Of a stretch of DNA of 64,000 bases, positions 21,592 to 34,686 are shown piece by piece. The position numbers and the translations under genes were made by a program. Location of the stretch: assembly GCF_055900595.2 (NCBI RefSeq), contig NZ_CM148325.1, one strand, 5' to 3'. The notes under the pieces were generated by a model. That model worked only from the letters and a program-made list of their open reading frames with translations. It ran no database searches and had not been told where the DNA came from. Each line of letters begins with the position of its first letter. The first letter of the stretch is position 1.

Positions 21592-23577
21592 ATGAAAACC
21601 GTTAGGGAGTCCACAACGTTGTACAACTTTCTCGGATCGCACAATCCATACTGGCGGTTGACGGAAAGCAGCGATGTTTTGCGCTTTTCTACCACCGAAA
21701 CCACAGAACCTGAACGTACGTTGCAGTTATCTGCCGAACAGGCTGCTCGCATCAGGGAAATGACGGTCATCACTTCCAGCCTGATGATGAGTCTGACCGT
21801 CGATGAAAGCGATCTTTCTGTGCATCTGGTAGGACGAAAAATCAATAAACGGGAATGGGCTGGCAACGCGTCGGCATGGCATGACACACCGGCGGTTGCT
21901 CGTGATTTATCACACGGGCTTTCCTTTGCTGAGCAGGTAGTTTCTGAAGCACATTCCGCAATAGTGATTCTCGACAGTCGGGGGAATATCCAACGCTTCA
22001 ATCGGTTATGTGAAGATTACACAGGGTTGAAAGAACACGACGTCATTGGGCAAAGCGTGTTTAAACTGTTTATGAGCCGTCGTGAAGCTGCGGCATCCAG
22101 GCGCAATAACCGTGTATTTTTTCGAAGCGGCAATGCATATGAAGTCGAACTGTGGATACCAACACGTAAAGGCCAGCGGCTGTTTCTGTTTCGCAATAAA
22201 TTTGTCCACAGCGGCAGTGGCAAGAACGAGATTTTTTTAATCTGTTCCGGCACCGACATTACCGAAGAGCGCCGCGCTCAGGAGCGACTGCGTATTCTGG
22301 CAAATACCGACAGTATCACCGGACTGCCGAATCGTAACGCAATGCAAGAGTTAATCGATCACGCCATTAATCAGGCAGATAACAATAAAGTTGGGGTTGT
22401 GTATCTTGATTTGGATAATTTTAAAAAGGTCAACGACGCTTATGGGCATTTGTTTGGTGACCAGCTATTACGCGAAGTGTCATTGGCCATTTTAAGCTGT
22501 CTCGAACATGATCAGGTGTTGGCGCGTCCAGGTGGCGATGAGTTTCTGGTACTGGCATCCAATACCTCACAAAGCGCGCTGGAAGCAATGGCATCACGAA
22601 TTTTGACCCGCTTACGACTCCCCTTCCGCATTGGTTTAATTGAAGTTTATACCAGCTGTTCAGTGGGTATTTCACTCTCTCCCGAACATGGTTCGGACAG
22701 CGCGGCTATTATTCGTCACGCCGACACAGCAATGTACACAGCGAAGGAAGGCGGACGAGGACAATTTTGCGTTTTTACCCCAGAAATGAATCAGCGGGTA
22801 TTTGAATATCTCTGGCTGGATACCAACTTGCGTAAAGCACTGGAAAACGATCAGTTGGTTATTCACTATCAACCGAAAATCACCTGGCGTGGCGAAGTAC
22901 GCAGTCTGGAAGCTTTAGTACGTTGGCAGTCACCTGAACGTGGGTTGATTCCACCGTTGGACTTTATTTCCTACGCCGAAGAGTCAGGGCTAATTGTGCC
23001 TTTAGGCCGTTGGGTGATTCTCGATGTCGTACGCCAGGTGGCGAAGTGGCGGGATAAAGGCATTAACCTGCGAGTGGCGGTAAACATTTCTGCACGTCAG
23101 CTCGCCGATCAAACCATTTTCACCGCCCTGAAACAGGTTCTCCAGGAACTCAATTTTGAATACTGCCCTATTGATGTTGAACTGACGGAGAGCTGCCTGA
23201 TTGAGAATGATGAACTGGCACTGTCTGTTATTCAACAATTTAGCCAACTAGGTGCGCAAGTGCATCTGGACGATTTTGGTACCGGCTACTCTTCACTTTC
23301 GCAACTGGCGCGCTTTCCGATCGATGCGATTAAACTTGACCAGGTTTTTGTTCGAGATATTCACAAACAACCTGTATCGCAGTCGCTGGTCCGGGCGATC
23401 GTCGCTGTGGCCCAGGCATTGAATCTTCAGGTGATTGCTGAAGGAGTGGAGAGTAAAAAGGAAGATGCTTTTTTAACCAAGAACGGGATCAATGAGCGGC
23501 AAGGATTTTTGTTTGCCAAACCAATGCCCGCCGTCGCCTTCGAACGCTGGTATAAACGCTATCTGAAGCGCTCATAA
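21592..23577 (+). CDS. pdeR: c-di-GMP phosphodiesterase with PAS, GGDEF and EAL domains
   Basis: 661 aa; GGDEF-like and EAL motifs; position after rnb matches K-12 yciR/pdeR. Confidence 0.88.
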   Translation: MKTVRESTTLYNFLGSHNPYWRLTESSDVLRFSTTETTEPERTLQLSAEQAARIREMTVITSSLMMSLTVDESDLSVHLVGRKINKREWAGNASAWHDTPAVARDLSHGLSFAEQVVSEAHSAIVILDSRGNIQRFNRLCEDYTGLKEHDVIGQSVFKLFMSRREAAASRRNNRVFFRSGNAYEVELWIPTRKGQRLFLFRNKFVHSGSGKNEIFLICSGTDITEERRAQERLRILANTDSITGLPNRNAMQELIDHAINQADNNKVGVVYLDLDNFKKVNDAYGHLFGDQLLREVSLAILSCLEHDQVLARPGGDEFLVLASNTSQSALEAMASRILTRLRLPFRIGLIEVYTSCSVGISLSPEHGSDSAAIIRHADTAMYTAKEGGRGQFCVFTPEMNQRVFEYLWLDTNLRKALENDQLVIHYQPKITWRGEVRSLEALVRWQSPERGLIPPLDFISYAEESGLIVPLGRWVILDVVRQVAKWRDKGINLRVAVNISARQLADQTIFTALKQVLQELNFEYCPIDVELTESCLIENDELALSVIQQFSQLGAQVHLDDFGTGYSSLSQLARFPIDAIKLDQVFVRDIHKQPVSQSLVRAIVAVAQALNLQVIAEGVESKKEDAFLTKNGINERQGFLFAKPMPAVAFERWYKRYLKRS

Positions 23578-23724
23578 GTAGATGAATATATATACTTAGC
23601 GATGTATTCCGTCATTATATATCGTATTCCCGGATGATAATTAGCCGTTGCCGTTAAACACTTCTCTTTTAGCGGCAATTTTTGCATTATTCATTTTCTC
23701 CCTTTTGCTATAAGGATGTCCTTG

Positions 23725-23898
23725 ATGTCTGAATTTGATGCCCAGCGCGTTGCCGAACGTATTGATATTGTGTTAGATATCCTTGTGGCAGGCGATTACC
23801 ACTCTGCGATCCATAATCTCGAGATACTTAAAGCAGAACTCTTGCGCCAGGTTGCTGAATCTACGCCAGACATCCCGAAGGCACCGTGGGAGATTTAA
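23725..23898 (+). CDS. yciZ: small protein YciZ
   Basis: ORF 23716..23898 trimmed to [16 protein letters not shown]..., 57 aa; conserved position. Confidence 0.65.
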
Positions 23899-23987
23899 CA
23901 ATCGTGCCTTCAGGTTTTCCTATTTGAGGATGCCCGGCGCGTCAGTATTTTTTTATTAAGTATTATAACGTTATAAGAATTACAGCG

Positions 23988-24737
23988 ATGAATTCCCGAC
24001 AACAAACTATTCTACAGATGGTCATTGACCAGGGTCAGGTTAGCGTAACCGATCTGGCAAAAGCCACTGGAGTTTCTGAAGTTACCATTCGCCAGGATCT
24101 CAACACCCTCGAAAAACTGAGTTACCTCCGCCGTGCACATGGTTTTGCAGTTTCGCTTGATAGTGATGACGTCGAAACCCGTATGATGAACAACTATACG
24201 CTGAAGCGTGAACTCGCCGAGTTTGCCGCGTCACTGGTTCAACCGGGCGAAACCATCTTTATCGAAAATGGCAGCAGCAATGCCCTGCTCGCCCGGACTC
24301 TGGGCGAGCAGAAGAAAAATGTCACGATCATCACGGTCAGCAGCTACATCGCGCATTTGCTGAAAGACGCGCCTTGTGAAGTCATTTTGCTCGGTGGCGT
24401 GTACCAGAAAAAAAGCGAAAGTATGGTTGGTCCTTTGACACGCCAGTGCATCCAACAGGTGCATTTCAGCAAAGCATTTATTGGTATTGATGGCTGGCAA
24501 CCTGAAACTGGGTTTACCGGTCGCGATATGATGCGTACCGATGTGGTCAATGCCGTGCTGGAAAAAGAGTGCGAAGCGATAGTCCTGACTGACAGCTCGA
24601 AATTTGGTGCTGTACATTCATACTCCATCGGCCCCGTTGAGCGATTCAATCGCGTGATTACCGATTCGAAAATACGCGCCAGCGATCTGATGCATCTTGA
24701 GCACAGTAAACTCACCGTTCACGTCGTTGACATTTAA
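23988..24737 (+). CDS. yciT: DeoR-family transcriptional regulator
   Basis: 249 aa; N-terminal DeoR HTH and sugar-binding C-terminal domain. Confidence 0.85.
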   Translation: MNSRQQTILQMVIDQGQVSVTDLAKATGVSEVTIRQDLNTLEKLSYLRRAHGFAVSLDSDDVETRMMNNYTLKRELAEFAASLVQPGETIFIENGSSNALLARTLGEQKKNVTIITVSSYIAHLLKDAPCEVILLGGVYQKKSESMVGPLTRQCIQQVHFSKAFIGIDGWQPETGFTGRDMMRTDVVNAVLEKECEAIVLTDSSKFGAVHSYSIGPVERFNRVITDSKIRASDLMHLEHSKLTVHVVDI

Positions 24738-25005
24738 CCATTTCCCTTCTCTACGGATGATTTGCTGTTTTGCAAATCATCCGCTCTAAGATGATTCCTG
24801 GTTGATAATTAAGACTATTTACCTGTTATTAACACTCTCAAGATATAAAATTATTATCAGCGATATAACAGGAAGTCATTATCACCTGCGTGATATAACC
24901 CTGCGCGCGAGCAGATTTCACGGAATAATTTCACCAGGCTTATTCTTAGCTATTATAGTTATAGAGAGCTTACTTCCGTGAATCATAAATTCAGGAGAGA
25001 GTATT

Positions 25006-25224
25006 ATGTTTGTAACGAGCAAAAAAATGACCGCGGCTGTTCTGGCAATTACCCTGGCAATGTCTCTGAGTGCCTGTTCTAACTGGTCTAAACGAGACCG
25101 TAACACCGCAATTGGCGCGGGCGCAGGTGCATTAGGCGGTGCAGTACTGACCGATGGCAGTACGCTGGGTACATTAGGTGGTGCAGCCGTCGGTGGTGTT
25201 ATTGGTCACCAGGTCGGTAAATAA
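25006..25224 (+). CDS. osmB: osmotically inducible lipoprotein B
   Basis: 72 aa; lipobox LSAC and glycine-rich C-terminus. Confidence 0.92.
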   Translation: MFVTSKKMTAAVLAITLAMSLSACSNWSKRDRNTAIGAGAGALGGAVLTDGSTLGTLGGAAVGGVIGHQVGK

Positions 25225-25349
25225 TCGTAAATAAATGTCGATTATCGACTCGCAATTATAATACGCTTGATTCTGTTCAGTACGAAATAACTGAATAATA
25301 CACACAGTAAAATATTCTAAAGCCACGGATATATCCGTGGCTTTTTATG

Positions 25350-25676
25350 TTAACCGCCGGCGAGTTTTACCTTCATCCCTTTCGCTTCAAGCAGTGATTT
25401 TAATAAATCGCGCTTATCACCCTGGATTTCAATAATTCCATCTTTAACTGCCCCGCCGCAGCCGCATTTTTTCTTCAGTTCCGCTGCCAGTTTTGTCAGT
25501 TCGGCATCATCGAGATCGACACCGGTAATCAAGCAAACGCCCTTACCTTTACGTCCACTGGTCTGACGCTGAATACGCACCACACCGTCGCCTTTAGGGC
25601 GTACAGGGGCCGCTTTTGGCTCATCAATACGTCCGGTTTCCGTTGAGTAGACCAGACGGCTGTTGGAATCACTCAT
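25350..25676 (-). CDS. yciH: SUI1-family translation initiation factor-like protein
   Basis: 108-109 aa; SUI1 fold translation; overlaps the pyrF stop. Confidence 0.88.
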   Translation of the reverse strand: MSDSNSRLVYSTETGRIDEPKAAPVRPKGDGVVRIQRQTSGRKGKGVCLITGVDLDDAELTKLAAELKKKCGCGGAVKDGIIEIQGDKRDLLKSLLEAKGMKVKLAGG

Positions 25677-26413
25677 CATGCACTCCGCTGTAAAGAGGCA
25701 TTGATCGCTTTCAGCGTTTGCGCTGGATCTACCGATTGCGTTACCGGGCGACCAATCACCATATAATCAACACCAGCCGCCAACGCCTGTTCTGGCGTCA
25801 TAATGCGGCGCTGGTCACCAGCTTCACTGCCCTGCGGACGAATGCCCGGCGTAACCAGTTTGAACTCCTGACCGAATACCTGTTTAAAGCGCACAGCTTC
25901 CTGAGCAGAACACACCACACCATCAAGGCCACATTTTTGCGTCAGTGCCGCCAGACGTTCTGCATAATCTGCAGGTGACAGCGTCACGCCAAGATCGGCC
26001 AGGTCGCTGGCTTCCATGCTGGTCAACACCGTCACAGCAATCAAAAGCGGTGCATCTTTGCCAAACGGGACGAGTGCCTCACGCGCTGCGGTCATCATAC
26101 GCACCCCACCGGAGGCGTGAACATTCACCATCCACACGCCTAAGTCAGCTGCAGCAGCGACAGCGTGCGCTGCAGTGTTGGGAATATCGTGAAATTTCAG
26201 GTCGAGGAAGATATCAAAACCACGCTGTTGAAGTTCGCGTACAAATTGAGGTCCAAACAGCGTAAACATCTCTTTGCCGACTTTCAGACGACAATCGCGT
26301 GGGTCGATCTTGTCGACAAAGGCCAGCGCGGCATCACGATTATGATAATCAAGGGCAACAACCACAGGAGAATTCGTAACAGCGCGGGAAGAAGATGAAG
26401 CAGTTAACGTCAT
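25676..26413 (-). CDS. pyrF: orotidine-5-prime-phosphate decarboxylase
   Basis: ORF trimmed to [23 protein letters not shown]..., 245 aa. Confidence 0.93.
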   Translation of the reverse strand: MTLTASSSSRAVTNSPVVVALDYHNRDAALAFVDKIDPRDCRLKVGKEMFTLFGPQFVRELQQRGFDIFLDLKFHDIPNTAAHAVAAAADLGVWMVNVHASGGVRMMTAAREALVPFGKDAPLLIAVTVLTSMEASDLADLGVTLSPADYAERLAALTQKCGLDGVVCSAQEAVRFKQVFGQEFKLVTPGIRPQGSEAGDQRRIMTPEQALAAGVDYMVIGRPVTQSVDPAQTLKAINASLQRSA

Positions 26414-26604
26414 GACCAGACCTTCTTGATGATGGGCACCGGAAGTGGCGCGAAACAGGTAAACGGCGAGCATTCTACCCGTGGAAATAAAAAATTAACA
26501 GTTGCGATTTCCCCCCTGGCAGGCTTTTCTGCGCCCGAGTTACCGAAGCACAATGGAACATCAATAATTAGTATGTTGTAACTAAAGTCGGATTTTTTTA
26601 AAAA

Positions 26605-27774
26605 TTACAGGCCATCAAGACCGCGAATCGGTTTAATGGTTGACCAGGCCCGACAAGATGGACAATGCCAGTAGAGGGTGTATGCGGTAAAACCACATTT
26701 CTGGCAGCGATAACGAGGCTTACTACGCACCTTCTCGCCAACCATGTCACGCAGCACCATCAGACTCTCTTTGGCACGCCCTTCTTCCGCTTCATTTAAG
26801 TGGTAATCCATTAGCTTATGGAACACACGCATGGTCGGATGACGCTGAAGCTGACGGGTAATATAGACCTGTGCGGCCTCACTACCGTCGCGCGCTTCGA
26901 TGATGTCCGCAAGCATTAGTTCAGCATCGGCACCGGTGTTCTCTTCCACCGCGCGCTGCAGGAACTCTGCCCATTCGGCAGTTTTACCCAACTGCTGGTA
27001 GCAGGTTTGCAGCATTTCCAGCGTTTCGCTGACCAGTTCTCTGTCCTGGGATATCACGCGTTGCAAACTTTCGACGGCTTTGGCGTATTCTCCTTTCGCC
27101 ATAAATACGCGTCCCATCATGATGGATACGCGGGCGCTGTTTTTATCTGCCGCCGCACCTTTTTTTAACAAGGCCATGGCACGATCGAGATCGTCGCTGG
27201 CCATATGCTGTAGGGCTAACTCGCAGTAGAAATGAGCAATTTCGACGCGCTGCTTATCTTTACCCAGCTTCACCAGGCGTTCGGCAACATCAATTGCTTT
27301 CTGCCACTCGCTGGTAGCCTGGTAGATTTGTAGCAACTGTTGCAGCGCGCCAATGCGGAAGTCAGTTTCATCGGTCAGTTGATTGAACATGTCTTCCGCG
27401 CGGTCGTATAACCCGGCGGCCATGTAATCACGCCCCAGTTGTTGAATCGCCAACAGACGCTGTTCATAGGTCAGCGAGGCGCTTTCCATTAGGGTCTGAT
27501 GGATGCGAATAGCGCGATCAACTTCGCCACGCGAACGAAACAGGTTTCCGAGCGTAAGGTGGGCTTCAACGGTACCCGTATCCTCTTTAAGCATATCGAG
27601 AAACAGGTCTACCGCTTTATCCTGTTGATTACTAAGCAGAAAGTTAACCCCCGCTACGTAATCACGCGACAAGCGGTTGGCTTCATCTTGCTTGTTTTGT
27701 TGCGCACTTCTGCGGCCCATATACCAGCCATAGGCAGCGGCTACAGGCAAAAGCAGAAACAACAACTCCAGCAT
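26605..27774 (-). CDS. lapB: LPS assembly protein LapB (TPR repeats plus rubredoxin-like C-terminus)
   Basis: 389 aa; N-terminal TM helix, TPR repeats, C-terminal CxxC...CxxC. Confidence 0.9.
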   Translation of the reverse strand: MLELLFLLLPVAAAYGWYMGRRSAQQNKQDEANRLSRDYVAGVNFLLSNQQDKAVDLFLDMLKEDTGTVEAHLTLGNLFRSRGEVDRAIRIHQTLMESASLTYEQRLLAIQQLGRDYMAAGLYDRAEDMFNQLTDETDFRIGALQQLLQIYQATSEWQKAIDVAERLVKLGKDKQRVEIAHFYCELALQHMASDDLDRAMALLKKGAAADKNSARVSIMMGRVFMAKGEYAKAVESLQRVISQDRELVSETLEMLQTCYQQLGKTAEWAEFLQRAVEENTGADAELMLADIIEARDGSEAAQVYITRQLQRHPTMRVFHKLMDYHLNEAEEGRAKESLMVLRDMVGEKVRSKPRYRCQKCGFTAYTLYWHCPSCRAWSTIKPIRGLDGL

Positions 27775-27780
27775 AGAAAG

Positions 27781-28089
27781 TTATTCCTTCGCCGCTGACG
27801 AATGCGGCGCTACAGCCACGTCAGTCGCGGGTGAAAGCTGGTTTTCCAGTCGCTTTATTTTACGTTCAGCGCGCGCCAGGGAAACACGAACTCGCAGCCA
27901 GAACAGGCCGCAAATCAGCCAACCGATAGCAAACCCCGCAGCAAACAATACCGCCAGCAATGTGGAAATACGGTACTCCCCTTGCGCTAACAGATAATTA
28001 AACGTCACCTGTTGATCGTTCTGCGCACCCAACGTGACCGAAATCACGAAGATCGCTAACACCAGTAAGAAAATGAGTAAATATTTCAC
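27781..28089 (-). CDS. lapA: LPS assembly protein LapA
   Basis: 102-aa two-TM protein immediately upstream of lapB. Confidence 0.88.
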   Translation of the reverse strand: MKYLLIFLLVLAIFVISVTLGAQNDQQVTFNYLLAQGEYRISTLLAVLFAAGFAIGWLICGLFWLRVRVSLARAERKIKRLENQLSPATDVAVAPHSSAAKE

Positions 28090-28237
28090 ATTACTTCCCG
28101 TTATGTGGTTAGAGCGAATAAATTATGGTCAACTTACCGCAATAGCCCTTTAAAGTACCATTTTCGCGCCGTCTGCGAAATGGCAACCACGCGCATTGTT
28201 GATGATTTAAGGGCTAAATTCGGAAAATCAACCAGCG

Positions 28238-29002
28238 TTAACTTTCTTGTTCTCGTTGCGCAATTTCGCGATTTTCTTCCGCAGGTGGTGTTAATGGCCC
28301 ACAAATTCGTTGTGCAAGCCACGTTGCCACCGCCACCAGCGCCCACGAAATCAACGTAGCTACCACCAGATCGCGCGGCCAATGCATCCCGAGTAGCAGG
28401 CGGCTTCCCATGACTCCTGTTGCCCAGACCAGCAAGATAGCAATGGTTAACGTTCGCCGACGCGGCCACAGCAACCCAACGGCCAACAGCGCCCAACTGG
28501 CAGCAAACATCGTGTGACCGGAAGGAAAGGCAAACCCCGTCTCTTTCTGCCAGTGTGAACGCAAATATTGTGGGATATTATTCTCTTCAGCCAACTGTTC
28601 TTTCACTAAATTTCCGCGTTCTGCTCGCTTTAAAGTGTAGAACTCATCAACCGGAATATGATGTGTTTTTTCCAGCCAGATTACAAAAGGTCGTGGTTCC
28701 TGGACTTTGTCTTTGATCCAGGATTTAACGCCTTGTCCCACAAGGATTGCCGCCGCCAGAATGGCAAATAACATAATGGCAGCCTTAATGCGAAAACGCA
28801 GACACCAGAGAAACCAGCCGAATAAAATCAAATGTGTAATGACGCCCCAGGGCTGAGTGACAGTTTCAGTAACCCAAAAAGCCGCTTTTAGTAGCCAACT
28901 TTGTTCTCCAGGTTGCCAACGCCAGCCAGAAATCCATACGGCTACCGGCATAACAAGCAATAGTGCAGCTCCCACTGCGGTACGTCTGGCAATCGAACGC
29001 AT
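28238..29002 (-). CDS. pgpB: phosphatidylglycerophosphatase B (PAP2 family)
   Basis: 254-aa membrane PAP2 translation; synteny. Confidence 0.9.
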   Translation of the reverse strand: MRSIARRTAVGAALLLVMPVAVWISGWRWQPGEQSWLLKAAFWVTETVTQPWGVITHLILFGWFLWCLRFRIKAAIMLFAILAAAILVGQGVKSWIKDKVQEPRPFVIWLEKTHHIPVDEFYTLKRAERGNLVKEQLAEENNIPQYLRSHWQKETGFAFPSGHTMFAASWALLAVGLLWPRRRTLTIAILLVWATGVMGSRLLLGMHWPRDLVVATLISWALVAVATWLAQRICGPLTPPAEENREIAQREQES

Positions 29003-29171
29003 GGCATCTCCTTTTTGATAAGTCCCACAATCATAACTGAAAATGCCAGTTCCGGGAAAAATTGACAGATTTGTGCCATTCCGTGAACGATCGACGCGTC
29101 GTGATTAGGTGAACCCCTTCTCGTTATGGCAAAATAAGCCAATACAGAACCAGCATTATCTGGAGAATTTC

Positions 29172-29762
29172 ATGCAGCTTAAACGTGTGGCAGAAGCCAA
29201 ACTGCCAACCCCATGGGGCGATTTCCTGATGGTGGGATTTGAAGAACTGGCAACCGGACACGATCATGTCGCGCTAGTCTATGGCGATATTTCCGGGCAT
29301 ACCCCGGTACTTGCGCGCGTCCATTCCGAATGTCTGACCGGTGACGCCCTGTTCAGCTTGCGCTGCGATTGTGGCTTCCAGCTCGAAGCGGCACTGACGC
29401 AAATTGCCGAAGAAGGCCGTGGTATTTTGCTGTATCACCGTCAGGAAGGTCGTAACATTGGTCTGCTGAATAAAATCCGCGCTTATGCACTGCAGGATCA
29501 AGGTTACGATACTGTAGAGGCTAACCACCAGTTAGGCTTCGCCGCTGATGAGCGCGACTTCACTCTTTGCGCTGATATGTTCAAACTCCTTGGCGTCAAT
29601 GAAGTCCGCTTGTTAACCAACAACCCGAAAAAAGTCGAAATTCTGAGCGAAGCAGGGATTAATATTGTTGAACGCGTACCGTTGATTGTAGGTCGTAACC
29701 CCAATAACGAACATTATCTCGATACCAAAGCCGAGAAAATGGGTCATTTGCTGAACAAATAA
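29172..29762 (+). CDS. ribA: GTP cyclohydrolase II
   Basis: ORF trimmed to [25 protein letters not shown]..., 196 aa. Confidence 0.93.
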   Translation: MQLKRVAEAKLPTPWGDFLMVGFEELATGHDHVALVYGDISGHTPVLARVHSECLTGDALFSLRCDCGFQLEAALTQIAEEGRGILLYHRQEGRNIGLLNKIRAYALQDQGYDTVEANHQLGFAADERDFTLCADMFKLLGVNEVRLLTNNPKKVEILSEAGINIVERVPLIVGRNPNNEHYLDTKAEKMGHLLNK

Positions 29763-29783
29763 CCCTCTTGCATTGTGTAATTC

Positions 29784-29820
29784 ATTTGCTTGCCGGAAGC
29801 AAAATAACCGGCAAGCAAAT
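29784..29820. terminator. bidirectional hairpin between convergent ribA and acnA
   Basis: atttgcttgccgg / ccggcaagcaaat 13-bp inverted repeat. Confidence 0.65.
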
Positions 29821-29825
29821 ACTCG

Positions 29826-32501
29826 TTACTTCAACATATTACGAATGACATAATGCAAAATGCCGTCGTTCTGGTAGTAGGTCAACTCCGTCGCGGTGTC
29901 GATACGACAACGGCAGGGTACGACTTCCTGGCTACCATCCGCGCGCGTAAACGTCACCGGAACCGTCGCACCGGGTTGTAGACTTTGCAGATCGACAATA
30001 TCAATCTTCTCTTCCCCGATTAGCCCTAACGTTTTACGCGTCACGCCTTGCGGAAATTCCAGCGGCAGGATGCCCATGCCAATTAAATTCGAGCGGTGAA
30101 TTCGTTCAAACGATTCGGCAATCACAACACGAATGCCAAGCAGACGCGGACCTTTTGCCGCCCAGTCACGGCTGGAGCCTGAACCATACTCTTTCCCGGC
30201 AATCACCGCCAGCGGCGTTTGTTCCTGCTTATAGCGCATCGCGGCATCATAAATAGAGATGACCTCGCTGTCAGGTAAATGCCGCGTCATCCCCCCTTCA
30301 ACGCCAGGCACCATTTCATTACGGATGCAAATATTGGCGAAGGTGCCGCGCATCATCACTTCATGGTTACCACGCCGCGAACCGTAGGAGTTAAAGTCTT
30401 TGCGCTCAACACCCCGACCTTGTAGATATCGCCCCGCCGGGCTATCGGGCTTAATACTGCCCGCCGGAGAAATGTGGTCAGTGGTAACCGAATCCCCCAG
30501 CATTGCGAGGATCCGCGCACCGTGAATATCTTCCACAGGTGCTGGTGTTGCCTGCATTTCATCAAAGAAAGGCGATAAGCGAATATAGGTTGAATCTTCC
30601 TGCCAACCGTAGGTATCGGATCGTGTGACGTTAATTTCCTTCCACTCTGCTGTGCCTTCAAAAACTTCTGCGTACTCTTTGCGGAACATTTCTGTGGAGA
30701 CTTGTTCTACCGCACGGGCAATTTCTTGTGCCGATGGCCAGATATCTTTCAGATATACCGGATCGCCTTTACGATCGTGACCAATAGGCTCAGAAGCGAG
30801 GTTAATATTCATATTTCCCGCCAGCGCATAGGCAACCACCAGCGGCGGCGAGGCCAGCCAGTTAGTTTTAACCAGCGGATGGATACGGCCTTCAAAGTTA
30901 CGGTTGCCGGACAGCACCGCACCGACGGTTAAATCGCCTTTTTTGATTGCCGTTTCGATAGGATCGGGCAATGGACCAGAGTTACCAATACAGGTGGTAC
31001 AACCGTATCCCACAAGGTTAAATCCCAGTTCATCCAGATACGGTGTCAGTTTCGCTTTTGCCAGATAATCAGAAACGACTTTCGAGCCTGGTGCCAGCGA
31101 CGCTTTGACCCACGGTTGCCGCTTGAGGCCCAGAGTTACAGCTTTTTTCGCCAGCAAACCTGCGGCCATCAGCACACTTGGGTTAGAGGTGTTGGTGCAC
31201 GACGTTATCGCAGCAATGACCACCGCGCCATCAGGTAACTGATACTGATGTCCGTTCATAACATAATCGACCGGCTGGCGATCTTTATGCGTGGCATTTA
31301 CTTCCAGTTCGTTACTGGCGGCAAATGCTTTTGGTACATCGGGCAGTGCAACGCGATCCTGTGGGCGTTTTGGCCCTGCCAGGCTCGCTTCAACGTCATT
31401 CATATCCAGTTCTAACGTACTGGTAAAAATCGGTTCATCGCCCGGGTTACGCCACATGCCCTGCGCTTTGGCATATTTTTCGACCAACTCGACCTGATCT
31501 TCGCTGCGCCCGCTTAAACGCATGTAATCGAGGGTGACAGCATCGATTGGGAAGAAACCACAGGTGGCACCATATTCTGGCGACATATTGGCAATGGTGG
31601 CGCGATCCGCCAGCGGTAGTGAATCCAGCCCATCACCATAAAATTCGACGAATTTCCCCACCACGCCATGTTTGCGCAGCATTTGGGTAACGGTGAGAAC
31701 CAGGTCTGTGGCGGTAATACCTTCACGTAATTTTCCGGTGAGTTTAAAGCCCACTACGTCCGGGATAAGCATGGAAACCGGCTGGCCTAACATTGCGGCT
31801 TCGGCTTCGATCCCACCAACGCCCCACCCCAGCACGCCAAGGCCGTTGATCATGGTGGTGTGCGAGTCAGTACCAACGAGTGTATCCGGATAAGCAATCC
31901 ATTCACCGTCCTGCAATTCGCTCCACACTGCTTTGCCGAGATATTCGAGGTTAACCTGATGGCAAATGCCTGTGCCTGGCGGCACGACGCTAAAACGACT
32001 GAACGCCTGCTTTCCCCATTTCAGGAACACATAACGTTCGTGGTTGCGCTCCATTTCCAGGCGCACGTTTTCTTCAAATGCCTCATCATCACCAAAACGA
32101 TCGACGGTCACCGAGTGGTCAATGACCAGGTCGACCGCTGAGAGCGGGTTAACCTTTGCAGTATCGCCGCCGAGGCGTTTAACCGCTTCGCGCATTGCCG
32201 CCAGATCAACAACGGCAGGTACGCCGGTAAAGTCCTGCATCAGCACCCTTGCCGGGCGGTAGGCAATTTCACGGTCAGCATGGGCATTTTTCAGCCATCC
32301 CACCAGCGCGTAGATATCCTCTTCGGTAACCGAGTTACCATCCTGCCAGCGCAGCAGGTTTTCGAGCAAAACTTTGAGTGACTTAGGCAGACGGGTGATA
32401 TCGCCCAGTGATTTGGCAGCAAGCGGCAGGCTGTAGTAGTGGTAAGTTTTATCTTTGGCCTGCAACGTGTCCTTACTGGCTTCTCGTAGGGTTGACGACA
32501 T
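29826..32501 (-). CDS. acnA: aconitate hydratase A
   Basis: 891-aa aconitase-family translation; synteny. Confidence 0.95.
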   Translation of the reverse strand: MSSTLREASKDTLQAKDKTYHYYSLPLAAKSLGDITRLPKSLKVLLENLLRWQDGNSVTEEDIYALVGWLKNAHADREIAYRPARVLMQDFTGVPAVVDLAAMREAVKRLGGDTAKVNPLSAVDLVIDHSVTVDRFGDDEAFEENVRLEMERNHERYVFLKWGKQAFSRFSVVPPGTGICHQVNLEYLGKAVWSELQDGEWIAYPDTLVGTDSHTTMINGLGVLGWGVGGIEAEAAMLGQPVSMLIPDVVGFKLTGKLREGITATDLVLTVTQMLRKHGVVGKFVEFYGDGLDSLPLADRATIANMSPEYGATCGFFPIDAVTLDYMRLSGRSEDQVELVEKYAKAQGMWRNPGDEPIFTSTLELDMNDVEASLAGPKRPQDRVALPDVPKAFAASNELEVNATHKDRQPVDYVMNGHQYQLPDGAVVIAAITSCTNTSNPSVLMAAGLLAKKAVTLGLKRQPWVKASLAPGSKVVSDYLAKAKLTPYLDELGFNLVGYGCTTCIGNSGPLPDPIETAIKKGDLTVGAVLSGNRNFEGRIHPLVKTNWLASPPLVVAYALAGNMNINLASEPIGHDRKGDPVYLKDIWPSAQEIARAVEQVSTEMFRKEYAEVFEGTAEWKEINVTRSDTYGWQEDSTYIRLSPFFDEMQATPAPVEDIHGARILAMLGDSVTTDHISPAGSIKPDSPAGRYLQGRGVERKDFNSYGSRRGNHEVMMRGTFANICIRNEMVPGVEGGMTRHLPDSEVISIYDAAMRYKQEQTPLAVIAGKEYGSGSSRDWAAKGPRLLGIRVVIAESFERIHRSNLIGMGILPLEFPQGVTRKTLGLIGEEKIDIVDLQSLQPGATVPVTFTRADGSQEVVPCRCRIDTATELTYYQNDGILHYVIRNMLK

Positions 32502-32873
32502 AGCTCCTCCTTAATGACAGGGTTGCGAAGCCCTGATTCTCTTCAGGGTGAATATTAAAGATAACACAAACATTGCGTAACGATTTGATAACAACCCAAA
32601 TTGATAAAAGAGGAGAAACCTTGTGGCAAAGCAAATGAAAACCCCGCCGCAGCGGGGTCAGGGATCAGTGAGTAATGATCCAGAGGAGTTCGGCCCAGAA
32701 GAGCATCGACAGAGAAAATGCGCCCATCCAGGACCAATATTTCATATTTGTGTTGATCATAGGCTACACCCTTAACGGTTATTACTTTGTGTTGAGATAA
32801 CTCAACCTGTTATTGCTGCGGTGTATTAAAAGCCCTTTAATTCATTAAAAATGGGTAATAAGAATGATGATAA

Positions 32874-33041
32874 TTATTGTTTCGGCTGATCATCTACAGC
32901 AAACAGTTCTATAAAGGCTTGCTGCTGCGTTGTTAGTTGCCAGTCGTCTGGAATAACGACGGAACATTCCCGTTTCGTTACTGGTTCATTGTCACTATGC
33001 TGACATAATGGTGACGACTCCAGTTGCTCCTGACCGACCAT
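32874..33041 (-). CDS. yciX: small protein YciX
   Basis: ORF 32874..33062 trimmed to MVGQEQLESSPL..., 55 aa; position upstream of acnA. Confidence 0.6.
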   Translation of the reverse strand: MVGQEQLESSPLCQHSDNEPVTKRECSVVIPDDWQLTTQQQAFIELFAVDDQPKQ

Positions 33042-33043
33042 AG

Positions 33044-33184
33044 TTATCCCCACACTTTCCAAATCAGCAGTGCGACAACCACCCAGAAAAGTGCAGAACC
33101 AAGAAATACCGCTAGCCAGGCTTTGCGTTTTAATTCAGGGTCCCGGCGGGGTTCCTGATTTCCAGAAGGCATTGCTAACCTCAT
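33044..33184 (-). CDS. ymiA: small membrane protein YmiA
   Basis: 46-aa ORF MRLAMPSGNQEPRRDPELKRKAWLAVFLGSALFWVVVALLIWKVWG read by hand from the reverse strand; single TM helix; adjacent to yciX. Confidence 0.55.
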   Translation of the reverse strand: MRLAMPSGNQEPRRDPELKRKAWLAVFLGSALFWVVVALLIWKVWG

Positions 33185-33502
33185 ATAATCGCCATCACTT
33201 ATCAGCAAGACGTTGAACGATTGGTGTAATTAATCATGCGATGAGACAAATCCTAAAGAAACTTTAGTCAAAAATCCAGCGAATTTACGAATCGTCTCCA
33301 GTGAATAATTCAATCTTTTGACCTGAAATAGATATTTGAAAACTGGAGTTTGCGAGGCGGGTAATTAGACACTACTTTACAGGTAATTTACCCTATAAAT
33401 ATGAGGGATAAAAATATTGTGCACGGTATACAAATAAGCAACAAAAGAGAATATATTCCGGCACCTTCGCTACATAAAAGGTGCCGAAAATAACGCAAGA
33501 AA

Positions 33503-34501
<999 letters not shown>

Positions 34502-34631
34502 TCAGAACATCGTTTTTTCGTCACACCTGGCGGGTGACTAATACGATTTAATAATAAAAAAGGTGCTAACTATAACCACTATATCATTTATAGCCTTAGT
34601 GTATAGGTGTGAAGAAAAAATAATATGCAAT

Positions 34632-34655
34632 AAAAAAGGGCCGCTTTCGCGACCC
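34632..34655 (-). terminator. rho-independent terminator after topA
   Basis: minus-strand hairpin gggtcgcgaaagcggccc followed by a T-run. Confidence 0.6.
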
Positions 34656-34686
34656 TTTGTTTATAATAACCTGACAGAATTAAAGG

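Noticed and set aside
32662-32742. 26-aa ORF (MKYWSWMGAFSLSMLFWAELLWIITH) just upstream of acnA
   Set aside because: Too short to support from sequence alone and I cannot match it to a known small protein; it would need ribosome profiling or conservation evidence.
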